NCBI GenBank assembly: GCA_965200315.1
Contig: OZ241362.1
Coordinates: 64,001-128,000, forward strand
DNA length: 64,000 bases
Direction of reading: 5' to 3'
Origin: Candidatus Latescibacterota bacterium
GTDB taxonomy: Bacteria; Latescibacterota; UBA2968; UBA8231
Position 1 is the stretch's first letter; each line of letters opens with the position of its first letter. Under the pieces are notes generated by a model. That model was not told where the DNA came from. It worked only from the letters and a program-made list of their open reading frames with translations, and did no database searches. Positions 40,435 to 50,188 of the stretch are shown in pieces. A program made the position numbers and the translations under genes.

Positions 40435-41565
40435 CTAAACGCAGATATGCTCGATGAAGCGAGCGTAGAGATCGACGCTGGTGCGCAATTGGTCGGTTTT
40501 GATCCATTCGTTGGCCGTGTGGGCTTGGGCAATGTCGCCCGGGCCGAGGACGATCATTTGTTTCATCTTCTCGACGAAAGCCATGCCATCGGTGCCGTAG
40601 GCCACTGTGGTGGGTTTGCGGTGACCCGTTAGTTTGAGCGCCGTGCGGACCAGTGGAGCGTCCACTGCTGTGTAGAGCGGCTCACCGCGATGCTTGAGCG
40701 CGAAATCGAGGCCGTGCTTTTGTGCGCTTTTGCGGGTTTGGTCGATCAAATCGTCGACGTCGATGCTAGGCATAGGGCGGTAGTTGAGGGTGCAGATGCT
40801 TTGGGCGGGGGAAATGTTGGTGGCGCGGTTGTGGTCGTTGATGCCGATGCACCACTCGGAATGCGGCGGCGCGAATTCCTCGTTGCGATAGCGGTGTGCG
40901 CTGAGCACTCGGTCGTTGAATCGCTTCATCTCTGCGAGAAAGGGAATCATCTTGAGGTTCGCGTTGATGCCCTTCAAGGTGCTGGTGTGCGCGGGGCGTC
41001 CCTTGGCGGTGACTTGGATGGCGAGCGAGCCTTTGTGGGCGTGGACCACGCGGAGGCTGGTGGGCTCGCAGATGATGCCGCAGCCGGTGCTGGCCTCGGC
41101 AAAGAGCTTGGAATGGGCCGTAACCTTTTGCGCACCGACGCCGTGTACCTCTTCGTCGGCTGTGACGACTATGTAGAGCGGGGCGGTTAAATCGGCGGCC
41201 TTGAAGCGGGCAGCCGCGCAGATCGAAGCGGCAAGGGGGCCTTTCATGTCGCAGGAACCGCGGCCGTAGAGCTTGCCGTTGGCCTCGTAGGGGTCGTAGG
41301 GATCGCGGTGCCAACCGTCGGCGGGATTGGCGGGGACGACGTCGTCGTGGCTCATCAGGGCCAGCCCGCCGTCGCCGCTGCCCAACTTGCCGACGATGGA
41401 GAGCTTGTCCACGCCGGCTGCATCTGTGTAGGGCACCTCTTCTATTTGGAAACCAAGCTGGCCTAAGACCCCGGCTATGTGCTGGGTGACTTCGACGTTG
41501 CTGGTTTGGCTTTCCGAGGGGTAGGCAACCAATGCCTTGGCTAGGTTGACGACGTCGAGTTTCAT
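40435..41565 (-). CDS. M20 family metallopeptidase (acetylornithine deacetylase-like)
   Basis: SHDDVVP, GRGSCDMKG, DEE, CEPT, YGTD and AH..NE motifs. Confidence 0.88.
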   Translation of the reverse strand: MKLDVVNLAKALVAYPSESQTSNVEVTQHIAGVLGQLGFQIEEVPYTDAAGVDKLSIVGKLGSGDGGLALMSHDDVVPANPADGWHRDPYDPYEANGKLYGRGSCDMKGPLAASICAAARFKAADLTAPLYIVVTADEEVHGVGAQKVTAHSKLFAEASTGCGIICEPTSLRVVHAHKGSLAIQVTAKGRPAHTSTLKGINANLKMIPFLAEMKRFNDRVLSAHRYRNEEFAPPHSEWCIGINDHNRATNISPAQSICTLNYRPMPSIDVDDLIDQTRKSAQKHGLDFALKHRGEPLYTAVDAPLVRTALKLTGHRKPTTVAYGTDGMAFVEKMKQMIVLGPGDIAQAHTANEWIKTDQLRTSVDLYARFIEHICV

Positions 41566-41678
41566 GGCAGATCTGCTTTCGCCGAGGAGTGATTAGCTCA
41601 AGGTACAAATTTGGTAGTTTGCTATCAAGGGCGTTGACAGCCCAGCCAAAAGGCGGTATGAATAGGCCAGCGAGAAGC

Positions 41679-41716
41679 AACAAAGCGGCCCGCCTCCAAC
41701 GAGAGGAAGCGAGCCG
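41679..41716 (-). terminator. Probable intrinsic terminator
   Basis: Minus strand CGGCUCGCUUCC-loop-GGAGGCGGGCCG followed by CUUUGUU, just after the 41741-42210 gene. Confidence 0.55.
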
Positions 41717-41740
41717 ATAGACGAGTGGGACGACGGCCTG

Positions 41741-42210
41741 TTAGCTCAGGGCGTCGTGCAGTTCAGTCCAGTCGTCGAGATTGTTGAGGTGACGGCGTCG
41801 AGGATGCTGCCGTCGTCGCTGAGGCCAGCGGCGTCGAGGATGCTGCCGTCGTCGCTGAGGCCAGCGGCGTCGAGGATGCTGGTGCGGGTCTCGTCGTCGT
41901 GGTTGTAGCCGCGGATGGCGGCGTTGGAAGCGTCGATCTCGCTCTGGGGAATGGCGCCGCCGCGCTGGGCCTTGACCCAATTTTCAAATTCAATATAGCT
42001 GGCCTTGTTGTCCTTGACGTAGGCTACGGCCGCGTCGCGGTCGATGCCGAGACCGTCGAGGACCATTTGATCGAAGCCCGCGCCGCATTCCGGGTAATCC
42101 GCAGGCAATTCGCCAGCCGCGCTCAAACGCAGCTTAGACCACAGGCGGGGCAGGTGAATCGCGCCGAGCGGCCCGGCGATATCCGAACTGATATTAGGAA
42201 TAATGGCCAT
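41741..42210 (-). CDS. DUF5069-like protein with a 36-bp duplication and a terminal frameshift
   Basis: GPLGAIHLPRLWSK...Y...GFDQMVLDGLGI...Y.EFENW. The likely native end (NNLDDWTELHDALS*) is in another frame. RBS AGGAGG. Confidence 0.65.
41793..41881. repeat. Tandem repeat, 36-bp unit, about 2.5 copies
   Basis: CGGCGTCGAGGATGCTGCCGTCGTCGCTGAGGCCAG repeated exactly; encodes SILDAAGLSDDG. Confidence 0.9.
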
Positions 42211-42290
42211 GAAGTTCCTCCTATGGGAAATGGGTTGAATAAGCGGCCTAACAGTACGGTCGCTTAGGCCGGTTGTCAAACGGATAGAAC

Positions 42291-43394
42291 ATGGACAAAA
42301 TACGCTTTGGCGTCATTGGGGCCGCTGGCCGCGGCAGCGGCTTTATCCCCACCCTGCTGACCCATCCCGCCACGGAAGTTACCGCGTTGTGCGACATCCG
42401 CCGAGCGGAGGTGGAACGCCACGCGGCCGAATTGGGAGTCGAACAGGTTTTTACGGACGCAGACGAAATGCTCGGCGTCGGGGGGGTGGACGCGGTCGTG
42501 GTGGGTACGCCCATGCCGTGGCACACCCCCCAAGCTATCGCGGCCTTACAGAGCGACATCCACGTACTCAGCGAGGTGACGGCCGGCGTGTCGGTCGAGG
42601 AGTGCCGCGATTTGACGCGGGTGGCGCGGCGCAGTCGCGCCGTCTATATGATGGCCGAGAACTACGTGTACACCAAGCCCAACACCCTAGTAAAAGCGCT
42701 GGTTGAACGCGGCTTTTTCGGCGAGCTGTACTACGCCGAGGGGGCGTATATCCACGAACTGAAAGAGCTCAACGAAATCACGCCTTGGCGGCGGCGCTGG
42801 CACACGGGCGTCAATGGCTGCACCTATGGTACGCACAGCTTGGGGCCGGTGTTGACGTGGTTTGCCGGGCAGCGGGTGGTATCCGTCTGCGCCGTGGGCA
42901 CTGGGCACCACTACCGCGACCCGCGCGGCGATTTGTACGAAATGGAGGACTCCGTGACCATGATGTGCCGGCTATCGGGCGGCGGGCTGGCGCATATCCG
43001 GGTCGATATGCTCTCGGACCGGCCGCACCAGATGGTCCATTATGCGTTGCAGGGGACCGATGGGGCGTACGAGTCGGCCGACGGCTTTGCGGCAGCGGCC
43101 AAAATCTGGCTGCGTAGCCGCAGTGCGCAGCCGCGCTGGGAGCCTTTGGAAGCCTTGGAGGAGTTTTTGCCTGATTACTGGCAGCGCCCGCCCTCAGAAG
43201 CCCTTGCCGCCGGACACGGCGGCGGCGACTATTGGGAGGTACAGGACTTTGTCGCAGCCATCCGCGGGGAAAAGGAGCCGGCCATTGGCATCGACTTGGC
43301 GATGGACATGACCTTGCCCGGCCTCGTCAGCCAACAGTCGATCGCCCAAGGATCGGCTTGGGTGGCGGTGCCCGATTCGCGCAACTGGACCTAA
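42291..43394 (+). CDS. Gfo/Idh/MocA family oxidoreductase
   Basis: GVIGAAGRG, SEV, AENY, YGTHSLGP and GHGGGD motifs. Confidence 0.88.
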   Translation: MDKIRFGVIGAAGRGSGFIPTLLTHPATEVTALCDIRRAEVERHAAELGVEQVFTDADEMLGVGGVDAVVVGTPMPWHTPQAIAALQSDIHVLSEVTAGVSVEECRDLTRVARRSRAVYMMAENYVYTKPNTLVKALVERGFFGELYYAEGAYIHELKELNEITPWRRRWHTGVNGCTYGTHSLGPVLTWFAGQRVVSVCAVGTGHHYRDPRGDLYEMEDSVTMMCRLSGGGLAHIRVDMLSDRPHQMVHYALQGTDGAYESADGFAAAAKIWLRSRSAQPRWEPLEALEEFLPDYWQRPPSEALAAGHGGGDYWEVQDFVAAIRGEKEPAIGIDLAMDMTLPGLVSQQSIAQGSAWVAVPDSRNWT

Positions 43395-43406
43395 AGGAAC
43401 GAGACC

Positions 43407-44990
43407 ATGTCCAAACCCAAGATCATGTTCTACCACGACGGCCGGCACCCGCTGATCTACATGTACGAGCCGCCGATCCAGCAGGAGGAATACGAGCAAG
43501 GGGTGGACGAGCTGTTGGGCACGCCGGTCGAAGCCATCATGTTTTGCCTCGGCGACGGCCGCACCATGCTGCACGACACCGAGGTGGGGGAGCTGTGGGG
43601 CCACAACGTGAAGCGGTGGCCCCATTTGATTTTTCGCCGCGCCCACCAAAATGCCCGCGACCTAATCCGCAAGGGGCACGACCCGCTGCGCCTGATTTGC
43701 GACCGCGCCCATCAGTACGGCAAACAAGTCTATCCGACGCTGCTGGTGCAGCAGGGCCGCGGGCCGCGGGAAGAGGACGTGCGCTGCTCGGACTTTCGCT
43801 TTGACAACGCCCATCTCGAAATCGGGGCGCAAGACGATGTGCCCGCCGACTATCCCGGCTACACCTGCCTCGACTTCAAGCACCAAGAAGTCCGCGACGA
43901 GCGCTTTGCCCTGATTGCCGAGACCCTAGAAAAGTATCCGGTCGATGGCTTTGAGCTGCAGATGAACTACCAGCCCTACTATTTCCATCCAGCCGAGGTT
44001 GATGCTGGACGCGAGATTATGACCGAGTGGGTGCGCCAGGTGCATCGTGCGGTCAAGCAGAGCGGCAAGCAACGCGAATTGGCCATCCGCATTCCTTATA
44101 GTATTGAGGGGTGCTATGCTGTCGGCATGGACATTAAAGCGTGGTTGCGCGAAGGGCTAGTCGATGTGCTGATCGGTCAGGCGTTTTCCGGCCCCGAGCT
44201 GCTGGACTCGACCATTGATTTCCGGCCCTTGGTTGCCGCGGCCGAAGGCACGGGCTGTCGGGTGCATGCGGCCCTGCAAAGCCACGTGGACTCGGACCGC
44301 TTGGGGGAGGCGACCATTGAAATGGTGCGCGGAGCCGCCTGCAACTACTGGGCGCAGGGCGTCGATGGCCTGTACTTGGCGCACTGGTTTGGGAATTGGC
44401 CGTACCAGGCCTCCTTCTACGAGAAGCTGCGGGAATTGCCCTATCCAGAGGTCATGGCCGCTCGCGACAAAATTTACTACGTTCCAACCGCGACCGGGCG
44501 CTATCCCAATCCCACCACCGAGCCGGGGACGACCATGCAGCTACCGGCCTATTTGCAAAAGGGCCACAAGGCTTCCATCACCCTGTCGGTCAGCGATGAT
44601 CTGCGGCGCTGGGCCAAGGTCGGTCGGGTACACGAAGTATTGCTGCGGGTGCGGGTGATGGGGCACACCGAGCGCGACCAGCTAAAGTTCTATTTCAATG
44701 GCCGGGAGTTGCCCACTAGTCTGTTGCGCAAGATCAATGAAATGTACCGGATGTCGGCTCCGCGCTATCGCACGGGCTCTGGGTATTGGTACGCATTTAG
44801 ATTAGACGCCAAACACTGGCCGAAAGAGGGGAACAACACACTCGCTGTCGAATTGGTGCGGCGGGATGCTCAGGTGCTGCCGGAGATTCTTGTGCGCGAT
44901 GTGGAGTTGGATATAAAATACCTGATGGGACGCCATTATCACCGCGGCCAAGACATAGATCTGGGGCCGAGCGAACCGTCGGGAATATGA
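43407..44990 (+). CDS. GHL10-like TIM-barrel putative glycoside hydrolase
   Basis: YHDG, DFKHQEVR, YPVDGFEL, W..EGLVD and GVDGLYL, plus a C-terminal beta domain. Paralogue of 50189-51757. Confidence 0.55.
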   Translation: MSKPKIMFYHDGRHPLIYMYEPPIQQEEYEQGVDELLGTPVEAIMFCLGDGRTMLHDTEVGELWGHNVKRWPHLIFRRAHQNARDLIRKGHDPLRLICDRAHQYGKQVYPTLLVQQGRGPREEDVRCSDFRFDNAHLEIGAQDDVPADYPGYTCLDFKHQEVRDERFALIAETLEKYPVDGFELQMNYQPYYFHPAEVDAGREIMTEWVRQVHRAVKQSGKQRELAIRIPYSIEGCYAVGMDIKAWLREGLVDVLIGQAFSGPELLDSTIDFRPLVAAAEGTGCRVHAALQSHVDSDRLGEATIEMVRGAACNYWAQGVDGLYLAHWFGNWPYQASFYEKLRELPYPEVMAARDKIYYVPTATGRYPNPTTEPGTTMQLPAYLQKGHKASITLSVSDDLRRWAKVGRVHEVLLRVRVMGHTERDQLKFYFNGRELPTSLLRKINEMYRMSAPRYRTGSGYWYAFRLDAKHWPKEGNNTLAVELVRRDAQVLPEILVRDVELDIKYLMGRHYHRGQDIDLGPSEPSGI

Positions 44991-45008
44991 GTTGATGGAC
45001 GAAAGACG

Positions 45009-45908
45009 ATGAGATTGGATAGGTGCTACAGGGCTGTGCTAGCGGCGTGCGTCGTCTGCTGGTGCAGTGCGGAGCCGATGGCGGCCGGCTACATCCCGAA
45101 TGTGCCCTATTTTCACCAGCACAGCAACCGCATCAACCCCTCTGGCTCCTGCCAAAACACCTGCATCGCTATTGTGCTCAAATACTACGGAGCCGACGAC
45201 ATTACCCCCGACATGATCTCCGCCAAATGGGGCACGTACGTCGCTCAGAGCACTGGGGGTCTCGAAAAGGTTTTCAACGAGGAAGCCGCACTGCGCGGCC
45301 TGAGCGTCCGCGACCAAGCGACCGAAACCGGACTCTTGTGGGAATTGCACGCGCTGTTGGACGCTGGCCGCCCAGTAATCGTCCACGGCGGCTTTTCCGC
45401 GGTCGGGCACCTAATGGTGCTGGTCGGGTACGACGAGCGCTTTTACTACGCGATGGATCCAGCGAGCCAGTGGACTGAGCGGCTCAACGGGGGATTTACC
45501 AACACCGACGATCCGCACATAGGCCGTTATACTCGCTACGGTCGCGATGCGGTAGAAAACGCCATCGTTTCCCGGGGCTTCATCCGCATGCACCAGACGG
45601 TGCTGCAACAACAGTACGGAGTGGTGCCGGAAGCGTTTGCCCTAGCGCAGAATTATCCCAATCCATTTAACAGCACCACTGCCATTGGCTTTGCTCTGCC
45701 GCAAACAGGGGCAATCCGGCTCGCAGTCTTTAACGCACTCGGCCAGCAGGTCGTCGTCTTAGCCGAGAGCACCCATCCGGCCGGCTCATACATGCTGCGC
45801 TGGGATGGAGTAAACGACAGCGGGCGCGCATTGGCTGCGGGCCGGTACTTCTATCGGTTGCAAACCCCTTGGGGCGTACAAACGCGCAAACTACTTTTGT
45901 TAAAATAA
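45009..45908 (+). CDS. Secreted C39-like (papain-fold) peptidase with a FlgD-like C-terminal domain
   Basis: Signal peptide, VPYFHQ...GSC, GH.MVLVGYD and MDP (Cys-His-Asp). Ends with QNYPNPFN...YFYRL...KLLLLK. Confidence 0.75.
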   Translation: MRLDRCYRAVLAACVVCWCSAEPMAAGYIPNVPYFHQHSNRINPSGSCQNTCIAIVLKYYGADDITPDMISAKWGTYVAQSTGGLEKVFNEEAALRGLSVRDQATETGLLWELHALLDAGRPVIVHGGFSAVGHLMVLVGYDERFYYAMDPASQWTERLNGGFTNTDDPHIGRYTRYGRDAVENAIVSRGFIRMHQTVLQQQYGVVPEAFALAQNYPNPFNSTTAIGFALPQTGAIRLAVFNALGQQVVVLAESTHPAGSYMLRWDGVNDSGRALAAGRYFYRLQTPWGVQTRKLLLLK

Positions 45909-45972
45909 AACTATAGTGGTCGGCGATCAGCGCCCGTTGTCGCTTGGCCGCTATCAAACCGAAAGGAATCCC

Positions 45973-47688
45973 ATGTCCAGAGGTATTCGCAACTTCGCCA
46001 TTTTTGTCGTCGCCCTGCTCGCGTCTTGGATCATAGGTATCAATGTGGCCCCGACGTGGACGGTCGAAAAGATCGAGTTGGACGTGAAAACGGACAGCGA
46101 CGGCATGTATTATATCTACCGAGACAAACCCGCCTATTTCGAGTCCGTGCCCATGGCGCAAGCCCAACTCGACCCGGCTAAAATTGACGGGTCGAGGACG
46201 GCGCCGCCGATCACGGAAGAATTTGTCTCTGTGGCGGAGACCGGCAGCTACTACAAGCTGATAGCCAAGCGGCACTGGAGCTATTGGTCACTGCTGCCGG
46301 CGATAGTGGCTGTGCTGTTGTGCTGGCTGACCAAAGAACCGGTCACCTCGCTGTTGGGCGGCATCATCGCTGGTGCTCTGCTGATGGGCCGCTACGACTT
46401 CACCGGCGACGTGCTGATCCCCTCGTTGGCGACCAAAAGCGCGGCCGGAGTTCTACTGCTCTACTTGTGGCTGTTGGGCGGGCTGATGGGGATATGGTCG
46501 CGCACGGGGGCGGCTCAGGCTTTTGCCGAGTTTATGACCGTGCGCTTTGTGCGCGGCCCCAGAAGCGCCAAGCTGGTCGCTTGGCTGCTCGGGGTCATCT
46601 TTTTCCAAGGCGGCACCGTCAGCACGGTGCTGGTCGGCACTACGGTCAAACCGATTGCCGACAACGAAAAGATCAGCCACGAAGAGCTGGCGTACGTGGT
46701 GGACTCAACGGCCTCGCCGATTGCCTCGCAGCTCGCGTTCAATGCTTGGCCCGGCTACGTGCAGGCGTTCATCTTCGTCTCTGGCGTCGGTTTCTTGGCC
46801 ACAGAAGCCGATCGCATTGCCTTCTTTTTTCAAAGTGTGCCGTTTTGTTTTTACGCCATCTTTGCCGTCTTGGGCACGTTCCTCCTCAGCATTGAAAAAC
46901 CGCTCTTTTTGGGCAAGCAACTCAGAGAGGCGATGAATCGCTCGCGCACGACCGGCCAGCTCGACGCCCCCGGTGCCGATCCCCTGAGCGCCAAGGAACT
47001 GCAAGGGAGCAACGTACCCGAAGGCTACACTCCGCACGTCCTCGAATTCTTCTTGCCGCTGGGTACGCTCATTGCCATTGCCGTTGGCACCTTTATGGTC
47101 AGCGGATCGCCCAATGTGCAGTGGGCTTTTGGCATGGCGCTCTTGTTGGCTGCGGGTATGGCCTTGGCCAAGGGCATGGCGCTCAAAGACCTCATCGGCG
47201 GTTTTCACGACGGCCTCAAGGGCGTGGTGCTCGGCTCGGTGATTTTGCTGCTGGCGATCACCATCGGCGGCATTAGCAAGGAGACGGGCGGCAGCATCTT
47301 TTTGGTCGAACAGCTCGGCGAGGCCATTCCGTATTTCCTCCTGCCGGTCCTGCTTCAGCTTCTGACGATGGTCATTGCCTTTTCCACCGGCACGAGCTGG
47401 GGCACGTATGCGGTGGCTTTCCCGCTGGCCATGCCGCTGGCTTGGGCGGTGGCTGGTGCTAACGGCCTAGCGCATCCAGAGCTTTTTATGACGTTGTGTT
47501 TTGCTGCGGTTATGGACGGCAGCGTGTACGGCGACCAGTGCTCGCCGATTTCGGATACCACCGTGCTTAGCTCCATGTGTACGGGCTGCGACCTGATGGA
47601 CCACGTCAAGACGCAAATTCCCCAAGCGACGATCGCGGCGGGCTTGGCGGCTTTGTGCTGGACCACCGTGGCGTTCTTCACCGCCTAA
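45973..47688 (+). CDS. Na+/H+ antiporter NhaC-family transporter
   Basis: [21 protein letters not shown] and [11 protein letters not shown]...HVKTQ motifs. Confidence 0.88.
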   Translation: MSRGIRNFAIFVVALLASWIIGINVAPTWTVEKIELDVKTDSDGMYYIYRDKPAYFESVPMAQAQLDPAKIDGSRTAPPITEEFVSVAETGSYYKLIAKRHWSYWSLLPAIVAVLLCWLTKEPVTSLLGGIIAGALLMGRYDFTGDVLIPSLATKSAAGVLLLYLWLLGGLMGIWSRTGAAQAFAEFMTVRFVRGPRSAKLVAWLLGVIFFQGGTVSTVLVGTTVKPIADNEKISHEELAYVVDSTASPIASQLAFNAWPGYVQAFIFVSGVGFLATEADRIAFFFQSVPFCFYAIFAVLGTFLLSIEKPLFLGKQLREAMNRSRTTGQLDAPGADPLSAKELQGSNVPEGYTPHVLEFFLPLGTLIAIAVGTFMVSGSPNVQWAFGMALLLAAGMALAKGMALKDLIGGFHDGLKGVVLGSVILLLAITIGGISKETGGSIFLVEQLGEAIPYFLLPVLLQLLTMVIAFSTGTSWGTYAVAFPLAMPLAWAVAGANGLAHPELFMTLCFAAVMDGSVYGDQCSPISDTTVLSSMCTGCDLMDHVKTQIPQATIAAGLAALCWTTVAFFTA

Positions 47689-47709
47689 TTTTTGCACGAT
47701 CGCGGTCTT

Positions 47710-47748
47710 TTCCCCTCCAGTGCCCGGCGTACTGGAGGGGAATTTTTT
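47710..47748 (+). terminator. Intrinsic terminator
   Basis: TTCCCCTCCAGTGC-loop-GTACTGGAGGGGAA followed by TTTTTT. Confidence 0.8.
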
Positions 47749-47942
47749 GGTGATTCACGGCGTTTAATGCGATAACTCATAAGCGAGCTAACAGAGTTGC
47801 CCGGTGATGGCAAAGCATTCGGTGCTGAGCCTGGTCGAAAGGCCGACAGCACCTGTTGATAGCCGACAAAACTCCCTATCATTTAATAAATGCGAAATGC
47901 GTATTGAGTTGGCATTCTTCTTTAATTTTAGGAGCCCGCGCT

Positions 47943-48944
47943 ATGCCTATCTTTCTCGACTCGACCCCCCTCCGCAACGACCCGCCCGCGCTCCGCGCCC
48001 GCATGCAGCGCGACGGCTATCTCTTCGTGCGTGGCTTGCTGCCCGCCGCCGAACTCGAAGCACTCAGGCTGCGCTTTTTGGCCATTGCCCGCGCCGCTGG
48101 CTGGGTTCAGGCCGACACGCCGCTTGAGGACGCCACCGCCGACCAAGACGGTTTCTGCGTCGAACCGACGCCTGAGTATATGGATGTCTATAGCCGGATG
48201 TACGCGCTGCCCGAATTCCATGCCTTACAGCACCACCCCGCGCTCGTCGGCCTGCTCGAAAAGCTGTTCGACGACCCGGTGTTGCCGCACCCACGCCTCA
48301 TTGGCCGCACCATCTTTCCCAAGCGCGAATCCTTTACCACGCCGCCGCATCAGGACTTCATTCCCATTCAGGGCACGGCCAAAACCTATACGGCTTGGTT
48401 CCCACTCCACGATCTGCCGCCGACGATGGGTGGATTGGAGGTGGCCTCTGGGGCGCATCAGGGGGGAGTTTATAATTTCCAGCCGGCCTTGGGGGCCGGA
48501 GGATTGGCAATTACCGACTCCTTTGAATGGACCGGCGGCCCCTTCGCGCAGGGGGACGTGCTGTTCTTCCACAGCATGACGCCCCATCGCGGCGTCCCCA
48601 ACACCGGCGAACAACTGCGCCTGTCCATTGACGCTCGCTACCAGCGCGTTGCCGACCCCATCGCCCCGGGCAGTCTTCTGCCTCACAGCCAGCCCAACAC
48701 TTGGGAGGCCATCTACGCCGACTGGCCCGACGACCGCTTGCAGTACTACTGGCGTCAGCACGAACTGGACGTGGTTGACTACGACGATAGCTATCACGAA
48801 GAGCGCGACCGCCAAGCCCTAGCGCTGGGTGAGCAAGGCGATCCGCTCGCCGTCTCGGCACTCCAGCGCATCATCGCCCGCGACAAAGAGCCTGCCAAGC
48901 GCCAACGAGCCGCCGAACTACTCGCGGCTATGGAGAAAAAATAG
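47943..48944 (+). CDS. PhyH family dioxygenase
   Basis: RDGYLFVRG, PHQD, GGLEVASGAH and GDVLFFHSMTPH...RLSID.RYQ motifs. Confidence 0.88.
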   Translation: MPIFLDSTPLRNDPPALRARMQRDGYLFVRGLLPAAELEALRLRFLAIARAAGWVQADTPLEDATADQDGFCVEPTPEYMDVYSRMYALPEFHALQHHPALVGLLEKLFDDPVLPHPRLIGRTIFPKRESFTTPPHQDFIPIQGTAKTYTAWFPLHDLPPTMGGLEVASGAHQGGVYNFQPALGAGGLAITDSFEWTGGPFAQGDVLFFHSMTPHRGVPNTGEQLRLSIDARYQRVADPIAPGSLLPHSQPNTWEAIYADWPDDRLQYYWRQHELDVVDYDDSYHEERDRQALALGEQGDPLAVSALQRIIARDKEPAKRQRAAELLAAMEKK

Positions 48945-48978
48945 CGATAGCGTTTTAGGAAGATTCTTTGAGAACGAT

Positions 48979-49019
48979 AGCAAGAGCCGGCGGCCATGGA
49001 CCGTCGGCTCTTGCTGTTT
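48979..49019 (+). terminator. Strong hairpin, probable terminator
   Basis: AGCAAGAGCCGGCGG-CCATGGA-CCGTCGGCTCTTGCT (15-bp stem) followed by GTTT. Confidence 0.65.
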
Positions 49020-49122
49020 GGTGCGGTACGGGACCTAATTTTTGGTAGCAGCCGGCGTAACACTCCGCGCCGTTATAGGTGTTTAAGTAGTACAGTGGGA
49101 CGCGGACTGGTGCCTAGCCGAA

Positions 49123-49848
49123 TTGGTTTTGACCGAAGGAGAGTTCGCCAAGGTGAGTACCGGCGACTTCCGCGTCCTGACCCCAGAAGACACTAAACTG
49201 CGCGGTGGCTCGGGGCGGAGGATTACCTTGGGACGCCAAATCGAGGTTGCGACCCGCGAGGGCTACACCTTATCGCTGGGGCTGTTGACCAATACGCAGG
49301 ACGAGGCGTTCCGCGGCGTCCAGTTCGCTTGGCTGGTCAACCAGGCGCGCGAGCGGACCGGCAATCAGATCGGCGGGTTGGGCAACTTGGCGCTCAAAGA
49401 GGTCTATGGCTTGCAGGCATCCGTCGTAGGCGTCAACTGGGCGATGGGGCCGTTGCAGGGCGGACAGGTAGGCTTGCTCAACATCGCTTCGCAAGTGCGC
49501 GGTTGGCAGGTGGCGCAAACGACCAACGTCGTTGGCAAAATTCGCGGTTGGCAGGTGGGCGGGGTTACCAATTTCGTCGGCGAGGTCAAGGGCGGTCAGG
49601 TCGGATTATTGAATGTGGCAAGCGAAGTCAAGGGCTGGCAGGTGGGCGTGGTCAACCTCTCTGGCCACATCGAAGGCGGCCTGCCCATCGGGTTGATCAA
49701 CTACTCGCGCAGCGGGCTTTTCAACCTCAGCGCTTGGCGCGACGAAATCGGCTTTACCCTATTCACCCTCGCCTCGGGCTGCCGCTCGTTTTACACCGCT
49801 TTTACCACTGGTTTTACCAACCAAGATCGTTTCAGTTGGAAAGTGTAG
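49123..49848 (+). pseudogene. GxQxGxxN beta-repeat (LA_2272-like) surface protein fragment
   Basis: About nine repeats such as GGQVGLLNIA, GWQVGGVTN and GLPIGLINY. No signal peptide, an upstream in-frame stop, and an abrupt end. Confidence 0.55.
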
Positions 49849-49854
49849 TGTTCC

Positions 49855-50012
49855 TATAATGGCTCGTCCATCATTGCCCAACGCTCCCATTTTCTTGAAC
49901 TCGCTGGAAATATCCGCTCCCTCAAAGTTCGGCTGAAATTTTTTCGCTCGCGCCTCTTGTTCCAAGCATTGACGCCTTTGAGGAGCCATTCGATATGCTT
50001 TTGGTTGGCCAT
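49855..50012 (-). pseudogene. N-terminal remnant of a pentapeptide-repeat-type protein
   Basis: RBS + ATG gives MANQKHIEWLLKGVNAWNKRRERK. A frameshift at the A/T run near 49940 then gives FQPNFEGADI, the typical leader of such proteins. The remainder is absent. Confidence 0.5.
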
Positions 50013-50188
50013 GAAATACCTCTTTCTACTATTGTAACCGCTTCTTTATATACACAGATGGGCGAAAGTTTCACCAAGGACGGCAATTCCGGCCTCCGCA
50101 TCGTCAGTAATGCGGAATGATTTGAACGATTCGAGCGGTGGATCATCTCGTGAATACGATTCTGCGTCGGCCTGCGTCGGCCTGCGGA

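Noticed and set aside
40766-41683. Long alternative-frame and antisense ORFs (this one, 9636-10499, 21173-22249, 23982-25061, 54890-55966, 61453-62484 and others)
   Set aside because: They are Arg/Pro/Ala-rich shadows overlapping well-supported genes, as expected in high-GC DNA.
41793-41881. 36-bp repeats as a mini CRISPR array
   Set aside because: The units are directly adjacent with no spacers, lie in frame inside a coding region, and are far from the cas genes.
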